Part shown: positions 48,596 through 57,578 of the stretch, one piece after another | How the letters are laid out: the number at the start of each line of letters is the position of its first letter | Position numbering within the stretch: the first letter of the stretch is position 1 | Assembly (NCBI GenBank): GCA_963674745.2 | Contig: CAXXDV010000001.1 | Location: forward strand, 1,536,001-1,600,000 | From: Desulfosudaceae bacterium | GTDB lineage: Bacteria; Desulfobacterota; Desulfobacteria; Desulfobacterales; Desulfosudaceae | Length of the DNA: 64,000 nucleotides | Direction: 5' to 3' | Notes under the pieces: model-generated | Seen by the model: the letters and a program-made list of their open reading frames with translations, nothing else | What the model was told of the DNA's origin: nothing | Databases searched by the model: none | Program-made: the position numbers and the translations under genes

Positions 48596-49759
48596 ATGAG
48601 TACTGACCAGCCGGCTGCCGGGACCTACCAGCAGTATTTCAACAAGGAACACGACATGCTGCGCAAGGCCTTGCGCGAATTTGTCAAAAAGGAAATTACC
48701 CCCTTTGTCCAGGAATGGGAGGAAGCCGGTGAATTTCCCCGGGAGCTTTATAAAAAAGCCGGTGAGCTGGGTTATCTGGGTATTGGTTTTCCCGAAGAGA
48801 TGGACGGCAGCGGCGGAGACGTTTTTACCACCGTTGTCTTCAATGAAGAAATGATGCGCTGCGGCTCCGCCGGTCTGGTGGCCAGCCTGGGTTCGCACGG
48901 TATCGGGCTGCCGCCCATCGCCATGCACGGCACGCCGGACCAGATCGAACGCTTTGTTAAGCCGGTTCTTGCCGGTGACCGTATCGCGGCCCTGGGCATT
49001 ACCGAACCCGGCGGCGGGTCGGACGTGGCCAGCCTGAAAACCACGGCCGTCCGGGACGGTGACCATTACATCGTCAACGGCAGTAAAATATTCATTACCA
49101 GCGGGATTCGGGCCGACCAGCTCACCTGTGCCGTTCGCACCGGTGAAGAAGGCGCCCATGGCATCAGTTTTCTGCTGATCGAATCCGATACCCCCGGGTA
49201 TTCCACCGGGCAGAAACTGAAAAAAATGGGCTGGCTGGCATCGGACACGGCGGAAATCTTTTTTGACGATTGCCGGGTGCCGGCTGAAAATCTGATCGGT
49301 GAAGAGAACAAGGGTTTTTACATCATCATGGAAAACTTCCAGATGGAACGGTTGATGCTGTCTATCATGGCCAATATGACCGCCCAGCTGGCCTTAGAAG
49401 AGTCCGTCAAGTACGCCCGGGAGCGGGAAGCCTTCGGCAAGCCGCTGAAAGGGTTTCAGGTGACGCGGCACAAGCTGGCCGACATGGCCACCCTGGTCGA
49501 AGCCAGCCGGGAGTTTACCTATCGTGTGGCGGCCAAAATCAACGCCGGTGTAAACCAGGTCAAGGAAATCTCCATGGCCAAGAATTTTGCCTGCCAGGTC
49601 AGTGACAAAGTCACCTATGACGCGGTACAGATTTTCGGCGGTTACGGATACATGCGGGAATACCTGGTCGAGCGGCTTTACCGGGACAATCGTATTCTGA
49701 CCATCGGCGGCGGCACCACCGAAATCATGAGAGAAATCATATCCGGGTTTGTCGTGTAA
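48596..49759 (+). CDS. acyl-CoA dehydrogenase
   Basis: ITEPGGGSD, NGSKIFITSG, SDTAE, REAFGKPL, QIFGGYGY, YRD.R...IGGGTTEI. Confidence 0.93.
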   Translation: MSTDQPAAGTYQQYFNKEHDMLRKALREFVKKEITPFVQEWEEAGEFPRELYKKAGELGYLGIGFPEEMDGSGGDVFTTVVFNEEMMRCGSAGLVASLGSHGIGLPPIAMHGTPDQIERFVKPVLAGDRIAALGITEPGGGSDVASLKTTAVRDGDHYIVNGSKIFITSGIRADQLTCAVRTGEEGAHGISFLLIESDTPGYSTGQKLKKMGWLASDTAEIFFDDCRVPAENLIGEENKGFYIIMENFQMERLMLSIMANMTAQLALEESVKYAREREAFGKPLKGFQVTRHKLADMATLVEASREFTYRVAAKINAGVNQVKEISMAKNFACQVSDKVTYDAVQIFGGYGYMREYLVERLYRDNRILTIGGGTTEIMREIISGFVV

Positions 49760-49835
49760 AAAAGGGTTCAAGGATTCAAGGGCGCTGAAAACAATACCGC
49801 TTATTCATTACAACTGATTGGGATATAAAGAAAAT

Positions 49836-50681
49836 ATGATCCAGGACGCCCTGACCGTTGTCGGCAACCGGCACGTTTCCGGCAACAACTATAAAATAAC
49901 CCTGGCCGGACCGGGTATCGCGGCTACAGCGCAGCCGGGTCAGTTTGTCATGGTGCGCCCGGATGACGGGCTGAAGCCTTTTTTGCCCCGTCCGTTTTCC
50001 ATTCACCGCGTTGATCAACAAAACCGGGAACTGGCACTGCTTTATAAAGTTGTGGGGCACGGCACCAGGCGTCTGTCGGAACTGGTTCCCGGAAACCGGT
50101 TGAATGTGGTCGGCCCCCTGGGTAAAGGGTTTTACATAGATCAAGCCCTTGAAAAGATTGACCTTATTGCCGGCGGAATCGGCGTGGCGCCACTGGTTTT
50201 CCTGGCGGATGTCCTGGCCGCCCGGGGTCTCTCTGCCGACCGGGTTCGGGTTTTTATCGGCGGTGCCGCTGCTGACGATGTTTTGTGCCAGGATGTTTTC
50301 ACCGACATGGAGATGGTGGTCAAAACGGCTACGGATGACGGCAGTGTCGGTTTTCACGGCTTTGTAACGGAGCCGTTTGAAAAAGCCCTAAAAGACAGAC
50401 GTCCGGATATGGTCTTTGCCTGTGGACCGCCGGCCATGCTCCGGACGGTTGCCCGGATTGCGGCTGCCGAAAATATTCCCTGCCAGGTGTCTGTTGAAAG
50501 CATGATGGCCTGCGGTATGGGCGCCTGCCTGGGGTGTGCGATAAAAACAAATACAAATACAATTAATTACAAGCATGTCTGTCGCGACGGGCCGGTGTTT
50601 TTGAGTACGGTTCTGGATTTTGACAACCTGGTCGACAATCTGGGCGAAAGACATCGCGTTCGACATCAAGTCAAAACATAG
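49836..50681 (+). CDS. pyrK: dihydroorotate dehydrogenase electron-transfer subunit
   Basis: PGQFV, RPFS, GPLGKGF, AGGIGVAP, CGPPAM, MACGMGACLGC...VCRDGPVF. Confidence 0.88.
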   Translation: MIQDALTVVGNRHVSGNNYKITLAGPGIAATAQPGQFVMVRPDDGLKPFLPRPFSIHRVDQQNRELALLYKVVGHGTRRLSELVPGNRLNVVGPLGKGFYIDQALEKIDLIAGGIGVAPLVFLADVLAARGLSADRVRVFIGGAAADDVLCQDVFTDMEMVVKTATDDGSVGFHGFVTEPFEKALKDRRPDMVFACGPPAMLRTVARIAAAENIPCQVSVESMMACGMGACLGCAIKTNTNTINYKHVCRDGPVFLSTVLDFDNLVDNLGERHRVRHQVKT

Positions 50682-50767
50682 CGGGTTCTTTACATGTCGT
50701 TTTTGGGTTGACTTGTCAGAATGCAGTGTGATATGTAAACCTCTTTGAATTTTATAAACGGTTTGTC

Positions 50768-51019
50768 ATGGAAGAACAGACAAAACGTGCGATCAGGGAT
50801 CTGGGTTATTACAGCAGCCTGGGTTTATCCGTCGCACTGGCCATTTTTATCGGCGTGTTTACAGGCGTCTTTCTTGACAGGGCATTGGGAACCGGGCCGA
50901 AGTTGATGTTTGTTTTTTTAGGGCTTGGTATTCTGGCCGGGTTCCGTAACATCTGGCATGCCAAAAACCGTATAGAAAGAAGGGATAAAGAAGATACGTC
51001 CGATGAACGATCAGATTGA
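50768..51019 (+). CDS. AtpZ-type F0 accessory protein
   Basis: Two TM helices with G.FLDR.LGT.P motif; first gene of the atp operon. Confidence 0.8.
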   Translation: MEEQTKRAIRDLGYYSSLGLSVALAIFIGVFTGVFLDRALGTGPKLMFVFLGLGILAGFRNIWHAKNRIERRDKEDTSDERSD

Positions 51020-51395
51020 ACAACGATTGTTGACCTTTATAAACAGAGCCAACTGGACCCTGCTGGTCGGCTTGGCTTTGCTGGGTCTTTTTCTGACAGA
51101 CGCGAAAGTGAACCTGGGGCTTATCTGCGGCGGCCTGATCGCCACCGTCAATTTTCACCTGCTTCACAGAACGCTGAAGAAAGCGTTCAGCCTGTCGAGT
51201 CTGCCGTCCCGGGGACTGGTTATGGCAAAATACTATCTCCGGTTTACGGTCAGCGGACTGATTCTGTTTCTTCTGGTTTCAAAACACCTGGTTGACCCGC
51301 TGGCGCTGTTTGCGGGCCTTTCCGTTGTGGTGGCCAGTATTTTCCTGGCAACCCTGTCTGAAGTAAAGAAACTCATATTCAAGGAGGCGGTGTAA
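51003..51395 (+). CDS. atpI: ATP synthase protein I
   Basis: Four TM segments, directly upstream of atpB. Confidence 0.82.
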   Translation: MNDQIEQRLLTFINRANWTLLVGLALLGLFLTDAKVNLGLICGGLIATVNFHLLHRTLKKAFSLSSLPSRGLVMAKYYLRFTVSGLILFLLVSKHLVDPLALFAGLSVVVASIFLATLSEVKKLIFKEAV

Positions 51396-51396
51396 G

Positions 51397-52086
51397 TTGG
51401 AACATCCATATCTTTTATTCGTGAATCTGTTTGAAATGTTTGGGCTGGAGCACTTTGCGGCCGCTTATAAACATGTTATTTACTCCTGGGTGGTTATGAT
51501 CTTACTGATCGTTCTGGGGGCCCTGGGTGCCAGAAACGTCAGCATGATCCCGGGCAAGGCGCAGAACATCTTTGAAATCATTATTGCCGGCATTGAAGAT
51601 TTCATGGTCAGCATCACCGGTGAAGAGGGTCGCTGGTTTTTTCCGCTGGCGGCGACCATCGCGCTTTATGTTTTCGCAAGCAATATCCTGGGGCTTGTCC
51701 CGGGTTTCTTCCCGCCCACGGCCAACATCAACACCCCTCTCTCCTGTGCCATAGTGGTCTTTTGTTTTACCCATTTTGTAGGCGTTAAATATCACGGCGT
51801 CGCATATATCAAACATTTTCTGGGACCATCCATGGCCTTGGCACCGCTGATGCTGCCGATTGAGATCATCGGCCATCTGGCCCGTGTGCTTTCACTGACC
51901 TTTCGTCTTTTCGGAAACATGATGGGCCATGAACTGGTCCTCATGATTCTGTTCGGTCTGGCCGGCGCCTTTTTCGCGCCCCTGCCGATCATGGCGCTGG
52001 GCATTTTGGTCTGCTTTATCCAGGCCTTTATTTTCTTTATTCTGTCGGTCATGTACTTTACCGCCTCAATGGAGCACGCCCACTAA
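51397..52086 (+). CDS. atpB: ATP synthase F0 subunit a
   Basis: NILGLVPG..PPTANIN, SLTFRLFGNM (essential Arg), IQAFIF. Confidence 0.95.
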   Translation: MEHPYLLFVNLFEMFGLEHFAAAYKHVIYSWVVMILLIVLGALGARNVSMIPGKAQNIFEIIIAGIEDFMVSITGEEGRWFFPLAATIALYVFASNILGLVPGFFPPTANINTPLSCAIVVFCFTHFVGVKYHGVAYIKHFLGPSMALAPLMLPIEIIGHLARVLSLTFRLFGNMMGHELVLMILFGLAGAFFAPLPIMALGILVCFIQAFIFFILSVMYFTASMEHAH

Positions 52087-52144
52087 GCATTATTGAAGAA
52101 GCAAGCATTGGTTAATATAAGGAAGAAGCATTAAATTTCACTAA

Positions 52145-52450
<306 letters not shown>

Positions 52451-52479
52451 GCCGAACAATAGCCGAACATAATACCAAC

Positions 52480-52516
52480 AAAAAAGGCCGTGCATATTAT
52501 GCACGGCCTTTTTTTA
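52480..52516 (+). terminator. intrinsic terminator of the atpZIBE operon
   Basis: AAAAAAGGCCGTGCAT-ATT-ATGCACGGCCTTTTTTT. Confidence 0.9.
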
Positions 52517-52518
52517 TG

Positions 52519-52690
52519 GGTTAAAGGTTTTAGAGTGTTAAAGTTTTAGGGTTTTAGGGTTTGGGGGGGCGCGGTTTTCTGGGGGTTAGAAGACAAGGTG
52601 TTTATGTGATTAAGTCTTTAAGTGATTATGTGTTTAAGTGTTTAAGTGATTATGTGGTCGGGGTTTGAGGGGGTGGGTTTTTTTAGTAGG
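52519..52690 (+). repeat. degenerate tandem octamer array (left arm)
   Basis: 8-nt period, e.g. GGTTTTAG, AGTGTTAA, GTGATTAT, GTGTTTAA, GTGGTCGG, GGTTTGAG. Confidence 0.8.
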
Positions 52691-52828
52691 CCTTTTTTAA
52701 TGGGTGCCACGGGCGAAGCGACAGCTTGCCCGTGTAAGAAAATTGTTACTGGAAAATCCCGGCCAAGCCTGTGCGGCCTGGCCCGTGCCATCCAACGAAG
52801 GTGTACGAGTGAACGGATTGTTGGCCTC

Positions 52829-53260
52829 TTAACAGTATCGCCCATTACTCAGCGTCCAGGTATCCCTGGACAATCGTTCAGCTCTTCTGACAACGCCGCA
52901 GATAAAGTCTTCTGGCGGAAGATATCCATGATCAACAACATAGTGTATGACGAGATCCGGTGCGGCATAGAGCGCATTCTCTCCTTGAACACGGATCTCT
53001 CCGGTTCCCAATACATGATTCTCGCCATTCAAGTTCAAGCAACACACATCAAAATCGGAGTGAGCGCAAAAAGGGCATAAATGAAACCCTCGTGTTTGAT
53101 TCACCCGTTCATGTATACATAGCCAGGCCAAACCTTCAATGAAATCGTCACTAACTTTGCCCGCTTTAAATTTGTAACCCACTTCCAACCACCCAACGTT
53201 AAGCTCGCCCGCGTCGGATTTAAGGTAGGTGTAGGATGTTAGATCTTTGAAGTACGACAT
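52829..53260 (-). CDS. hypothetical protein with RGxHxCxxC motif
   Basis: MSYFKDLTSY...NVGWL...RGFHLCPFC...GEIRV...YAAPDLVIHYV..H.Y.PP..F; AT-richer than its neighbours. Confidence 0.75.
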   Translation of the reverse strand: MSYFKDLTSYTYLKSDAGELNVGWLEVGYKFKAGKVSDDFIEGLAWLCIHERVNQTRGFHLCPFCAHSDFDVCCLNLNGENHVLGTGEIRVQGENALYAAPDLVIHYVVDHGYLPPEDFICGVVRRAERLSRDTWTLSNGRYC

Positions 53261-53280
53261 TTTATCCAAGGCCAATCATT

Positions 53281-53346
53281 TTACTACTTAACCACTTAAC
53301 ACTTAAAACCCTAAAACTCTAAAACCTTAACACTCAAAAAACTTTA
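53281..53346 (-). repeat. octamer array, right arm part 1 (inverted relative to the left arm)
   Basis: TTAACCAC, TTAAAACC, CTAAAACT, CTAAAACC, TTAACACT; interrupted by ISL3. Confidence 0.8.
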
Positions 53347-54680
53347 GGTTCTTCTCCCAATTAGTGGGAGGAAAAGGCCTGTATGACCTTTAATGTAAAG
53401 TATCTATCGTCATGAAATCCATAGGATTTTCGTTTTATGACCTTAATTTTATTATTAACACCTTCTATTTTACTGGTATGAATCGGATAATCGCAATGGT
53501 TCAGGATGCCGTAAGCGTGCCTTTCAAGCATGTCGGCAAATTTCTGTACGGGCCTGTGGCTCACCGTTCTGGCCAGGGCACACCATTCATCCAATCTCTT
53601 TTTGGCCCAGCCCCTTTTTTGATAGTCCCATATTCGCTTCAGACAATCTTTCAAAATCATGACCGTAGATATGGTTTCATTAATTTCAAGAAGCTGCCGC
53701 AAATGCTGCCGGGCCTCACTGCTATGAATATTCTGGGGATTGGACAGCAGCAAATACTTGGTTCCTTTGTATATCGCCTGGTCCGGCTTCGTCGCTTTTC
53801 TAAACTCTTCTATTCGAACTTTGTCGATCACCTTATTAAATGCGTGAACCACATGAAAAAGATCAAACACGATCTTTACATGAGGCACATTCTCTCGAAC
53901 CGTTTTAATGTAAGGATCCCACATATCCATGGCGATGGCTTCCAGCGCCTGTTTCTGTTCCTGGCTCATGCCGGCGAAAAAGACTTGAAGCGTCTCCACG
54001 GATCGGCCCCTGCCAAGCCATACCACCCGACCGGTTTGATAGTCCAAAACAACAGTCATATACGTATGGCCTTTATGGATGGCGATTTCATCAACCGCCA
54101 GTATGCTCAAGTCGCTGTAGTCCGTCCTTCCAAACGATTCTTCCAAAAAGTTTTTATCAATATTTTTGACCGTCTTCCAGTTGAGCTCCAAATGCGCGGC
54201 CACTTCAGAGACCGTCAAAATCTTACACAACTCATGGATATAAAGGGCCAGTCTTTTGGTAACCCGCTGGTACGGATTGAAAAAGTCCAGGTCTTCAACC
54301 CGAATACCCTGGCAACGGGGGCAATAAATTTTACGATATCTGCAGTTGATCCATACATTTGCGGCCCCAAGGTTCAAATCCCGCAACGGACGTCTGGCCT
54401 GGTCATGAACGCCTTGAGCCGGGCTGCCGCAACTATAACAAATAGGGCGATAGCGCTCGTCTGGCTCGGCAATTATCATCGCCATATCTCCGGCGTCAGA
54501 AACCGTTTGTTTTGTAAAACGGACTCGACAAAAAGGGAGATAGGGCTTTATACTCATAGCGGACATCATCGGTCTCCTTTCTTCCAGAATTGTCTCTCAA
54601 CTTTCTGGATAGAAGAAAGAACTGATGATGTCCATTTTTTATTAGCAGCTTAACTCCTCCCACTAATTGGGAGAAGAACC
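53347..54680 (-). mobile_element. complete ISL3-family insertion sequence (1334 bp)
   Basis: Perfect 26-bp TIRs GGTTCTTCTCCCAATTAGTGGGAGGA; 8-bp TSD AAACTTTA at 53339-53346 and 54681-54688. Confidence 0.95.
53361..54569 (-). CDS. ISL3 family transposase
   Basis: CYSC...CPRC zinc finger, AVDE, MDMW.PY, FDLFHV, EGVNNKIKVIKRKSYGF. Confidence 0.95.
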   Translation of the reverse strand: MMSAMSIKPYLPFCRVRFTKQTVSDAGDMAMIIAEPDERYRPICYSCGSPAQGVHDQARRPLRDLNLGAANVWINCRYRKIYCPRCQGIRVEDLDFFNPYQRVTKRLALYIHELCKILTVSEVAAHLELNWKTVKNIDKNFLEESFGRTDYSDLSILAVDEIAIHKGHTYMTVVLDYQTGRVVWLGRGRSVETLQVFFAGMSQEQKQALEAIAMDMWDPYIKTVRENVPHVKIVFDLFHVVHAFNKVIDKVRIEEFRKATKPDQAIYKGTKYLLLSNPQNIHSSEARQHLRQLLEINETISTVMILKDCLKRIWDYQKRGWAKKRLDEWCALARTVSHRPVQKFADMLERHAYGILNHCDYPIHTSKIEGVNNKIKVIKRKSYGFHDDRYFTLKVIQAFSSH

Positions 54681-54826
54681 AAACTTTAAAACCCAAAACC
54701 CCCTCAAACCCCGACCACCTAATCACCTAACCACCTAACCACATAACCACTTCGTCTTTCAAACACCTGAAGGCCTCGCTCCCCGACGCCTCAAACCCTG
54801 AACCCTGAACCTAAAACCTCAACCCC
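54681..54826 (-). repeat. octamer array right arm part 2, plus heptamer run
   Basis: CCCCCTCAAACCCCGACCACCTAATCAC is the near-perfect reverse complement of 52646-52673; ACCTAACC repeats; CCCTGAA/CCTAAAA heptamers at 54789-54826. Confidence 0.75.
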
Positions 54827-56708
54827 CTAAAACCTGTGGCGTCAGATGGCATGACGAGGTCGAAAACATATCCTTATCAACCGTACTGACCAGTTGCCAG
54901 CCGGCTTTTGTCAGGAACGCCTCTACAGCCGGCCGTTCGGGCTCAAAAACCATGAAACAGACGTTGTCCTTTGGCTTGAAGCGGGTGTTGTGGCCGGTGG
55001 GTGACAGTTTGCCGTTTTTTCGAATGGCCACACCGAGCAATCCGTTTCCGGAATAGTCGGCCGGCAGGGTTACTTCCGATGATTCGGACGGGGTCTCTTC
55101 AACAAATTTCCAGGTCTGGAGGTAAACCTGCCTGGCATCAAGGCGGTGGCACCAGGCATCAACATCCACCGGCGCGCCGAAGGCCACCTCAACACCGGCC
55201 TGGTGGAGCATTTTTTCGGTCAGGGACGTGGTATCGGCCTGCAGGGCGGCAAACAGGTCAATTTCTCTGGCTTCTATCTTTACCTTCTGGGCAAAAAGGA
55301 AATTGACCTCGTCATTGACGGTCAGGGCCAGGGCCCCCTGGCGGGTATCGATTCCGGCCCGTTTTAAATACCTGGCCTGTAGGCCGTTGCCGTAAAGAAC
55401 CCGTGTGCAGTCTTCCTGGGCGGCATTGCAGTTGTCGGCATTGGAGTCGATGCAGACCACCTCCTGGCCGTCCTCCTTGAACAGCCTGGCCAGGGCACGT
55501 GCCAGGGCATTGGCCCCGAGAATGACCCAGCCCATTCCGCTGGGCCGCCGCAAACCCAGCGCCCCGGCCATGATGCCGCCGGTCAGGCCGGCGAAAATCA
55601 CCGTTACGGCGATGACCAGAAAAACCAGGGCGCGAAGTTCATATCCGCCGGGCATGCCTTTGGATGAAAAAGCCGCGGCAAAAAAAGAAGCCACGGCTGC
55701 GGCTACGATGCCCCGCGGGCCGATCCAGGAGACAAACCATTTTTCTTTTAAGGTCAGCCCGGAAAACATGGTGCCGGCAAACACCGCCAGCGGCCGGACC
55801 AGAAACATCAACACCAGAACAACACCGACAGCCGGCCAGCCCAGATCGATGACCTGGGACAGGCGGACATCGGCTGCCAGCAGCACGAACAGCATACCGA
55901 TCAGCAGAACCGTCAGCTCCTCTTTGAACTCGAGCAGTTCCCGCAAAGCATAGGAACTGAAATTGCCGACGCCGATACCGGCCACGATCACGGCGGCAAT
56001 ACCGCTTTCCGGCACAATCATGTTGGTGCCCTGAAACAGGACCAGTACAATCGACAGCGTAAAGACGTTGGTGCTGCCTTCCGGAATCCAGCGTTTTGTC
56101 TGGCACAGAAAGATCAACAAAGCGGCCGCGACACTGCCGCAGGCAGCACCGAAGCCGATGCGGAACAATATATGCCAGGCCCATATCAGCGGGCTGCCTT
56201 GATCGGGGCTCAAGGCCGCTTCCAGAGCCACCATGGCCACCACCGCGCCGACAGCGTCAATCAATACGCCTTCAGCTTCCAGTACGGTGGCCACGGAACG
56301 TTTCACTTTGAGCCGTTTTAAAAGCGGATTGATTACCGTGGGACCGGTAACCATGACCAGAGTACCGAAAAGTACGGCGTTTTTCCAGGGCCAGCCGAGA
56401 ATATAGTGAACGGCTACCGCGCCGCCGGTCACCGTCACCAGGCCGCCGATGGTGATCAGCTGGCGAATGGAGCGCCGGGCACGCTTAAGTTGCCTGCCCT
56501 TAAGGTTCATGCCGCCTTCAAAAAGAATAACGGCCACGGCGAAACCGATCAGGATGTTCAGGGCGGACCCCAGTTCGGCCGGGTGTATCATGCCCGCGCC
56601 GTCCGGGCCGAAAGCAACACCGGCGGCCAGCAGCAAAACGATGCCCGGTACCCGCAGGTGATGTGCCAGCGACTGCGCGATCATGCCCAGGGCCAGGGCC
56701 AGGGCCAT
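54819..56708 (-). CDS. CPA1/NhaP-type cation:proton antiporter with C-terminal RCK (TrkA_N) domain
   Basis: ILFEGG, VTGPTVI.PLL, EGVLID, LFVLLAA, IGPRGIVAAAVAS; ILGAN...CIDSN Rossmann tail. Confidence 0.9.
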   Translation of the reverse strand: MALALALGMIAQSLAHHLRVPGIVLLLAAGVAFGPDGAGMIHPAELGSALNILIGFAVAVILFEGGMNLKGRQLKRARRSIRQLITIGGLVTVTGGAVAVHYILGWPWKNAVLFGTLVMVTGPTVINPLLKRLKVKRSVATVLEAEGVLIDAVGAVVAMVALEAALSPDQGSPLIWAWHILFRIGFGAACGSVAAALLIFLCQTKRWIPEGSTNVFTLSIVLVLFQGTNMIVPESGIAAVIVAGIGVGNFSSYALRELLEFKEELTVLLIGMLFVLLAADVRLSQVIDLGWPAVGVVLVLMFLVRPLAVFAGTMFSGLTLKEKWFVSWIGPRGIVAAAVASFFAAAFSSKGMPGGYELRALVFLVIAVTVIFAGLTGGIMAGALGLRRPSGMGWVILGANALARALARLFKEDGQEVVCIDSNADNCNAAQEDCTRVLYGNGLQARYLKRAGIDTRQGALALTVNDEVNFLFAQKVKIEAREIDLFAALQADTTSLTEKMLHQAGVEVAFGAPVDVDAWCHRLDARQVYLQTWKFVEETPSESSEVTLPADYSGNGLLGVAIRKNGKLSPTGHNTRFKPKDNVCFMVFEPERPAVEAFLTKAGWQLVSTVDKDMFSTSSCHLTPQVLGG

Positions 56709-56756
56709 GGTGGTTCCCGGATTGTGAAAGATTGACGTATCTATTTTTCCGGCCTG

Positions 56757-57413
56757 TTATTTTATTGATTTTATTTTTCCCAGGTCTGATTCCCGGCCCA
56801 GGATAATAAGAATATCACTTTCCTTGATGACAAAATCGGCTCCCGGAACCATCACAAAGCGTTCCGGATGCCGCTCCTTGACTGCGATTATGTTGATTTC
56901 ATAACGTTTTCTCAAGCTCAGGTCCTTCAGGGATTTGTCAACAAACGAAGGCGGCGGCTCTATCTGGACGATGGTAAAACCTTCTTCCAAGGGGAGAAAG
57001 TCCAGAATGTTTGGAGAAGTCAGCCGCAGGGCCAGACGGTAGGCCATGTCCACGCCCGGCAGAATGATTTCCGACGCGCCCAGTTGTTTGAGAATTTCGC
57101 CATGATCATCATCTTCGGCCTTGACGATAATACGTTTTATTCCCAGCCGGGCAAGATAATGACAGATCAGGATACTGGGTTTGATATCATCGCCGGTACT
57201 GACGATAACCGCGTCCGCCTCCTCCAGTCCCAGCCCCTTGAGGGCCTCGAAATCGGTAAGGTCCTGAACGATGGCGCTGGTGCAGTGTGGCGCAATGCCC
57301 TGAACCCGTTCTTTGTCCCGGTCAAATACGATGACTTCGTTTTTGTTTTCATAAAGGGATTTGGCAACGTAATATCCGAACTTTCCGGCGCCCACAACGG
57401 CGAATCGTTTCAT
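56757..57413 (-). CDS. trkA: Trk/Ktr K+ uptake NAD-binding subunit (KtrA/TrkA)
   Basis: VVGAGKFG, RCK-N then RCK-C (SLKDLSLRKRYEINIIAVK). Confidence 0.9.
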   Translation of the reverse strand: MKRFAVVGAGKFGYYVAKSLYENKNEVIVFDRDKERVQGIAPHCTSAIVQDLTDFEALKGLGLEEADAVIVSTGDDIKPSILICHYLARLGIKRIIVKAEDDDHGEILKQLGASEIILPGVDMAYRLALRLTSPNILDFLPLEEGFTIVQIEPPPSFVDKSLKDLSLRKRYEINIIAVKERHPERFVMVPGADFVIKESDILIILGRESDLGKIKSIK

Positions 57414-57435
57414 TTGTTCCTCTCCTTAACCCGAA

Positions 57436-57555
57436 TGTTTCACGGGTTGATTTGGACCCGAACCCCTGGCTCCTTCTAAAATACGCAGGCCACGATGTAG
57501 GGGCACCCCCCTGTGGGTGCCCTTTTCCCGGGCGGCCACAGGGGGCCGCCCCTAC
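57436..57555. repeat. ~60-bp repeated element (copy 2) plus GTAG REP doublet (57497-57555)
   Basis: CACGGGTTGATTTGGACCCGAACCCCTGGCTCCTTCT...CGCAGGCCACGA then GTAGGGGCAC...CCCCTAC. Confidence 0.75.
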
Positions 57556-57578
57556 AACATTTGTGAGCAGCCTGTAAC

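Noticed and set aside
52791..52827. Possible attC after the 52829-53260 gene (minus strand GGCCAAC...GTTGGAT)
   Set aside because: Only about 37 bp, below typical attC length, and the GTTGGAT overlaps a REP end; at most a truncated remnant.
53412..54653. 413-aa ORF antisense to the ISL3 transposase
   Set aside because: It spans almost the whole IS but has no recognisable motif or clear RBS; treated as a shadow frame.
52519..54760. Possible CRISPR array or telomere-like repeat
   Set aside because: The period is 7-8 nt and degenerate, with no repeat-spacer structure and no cas genes.
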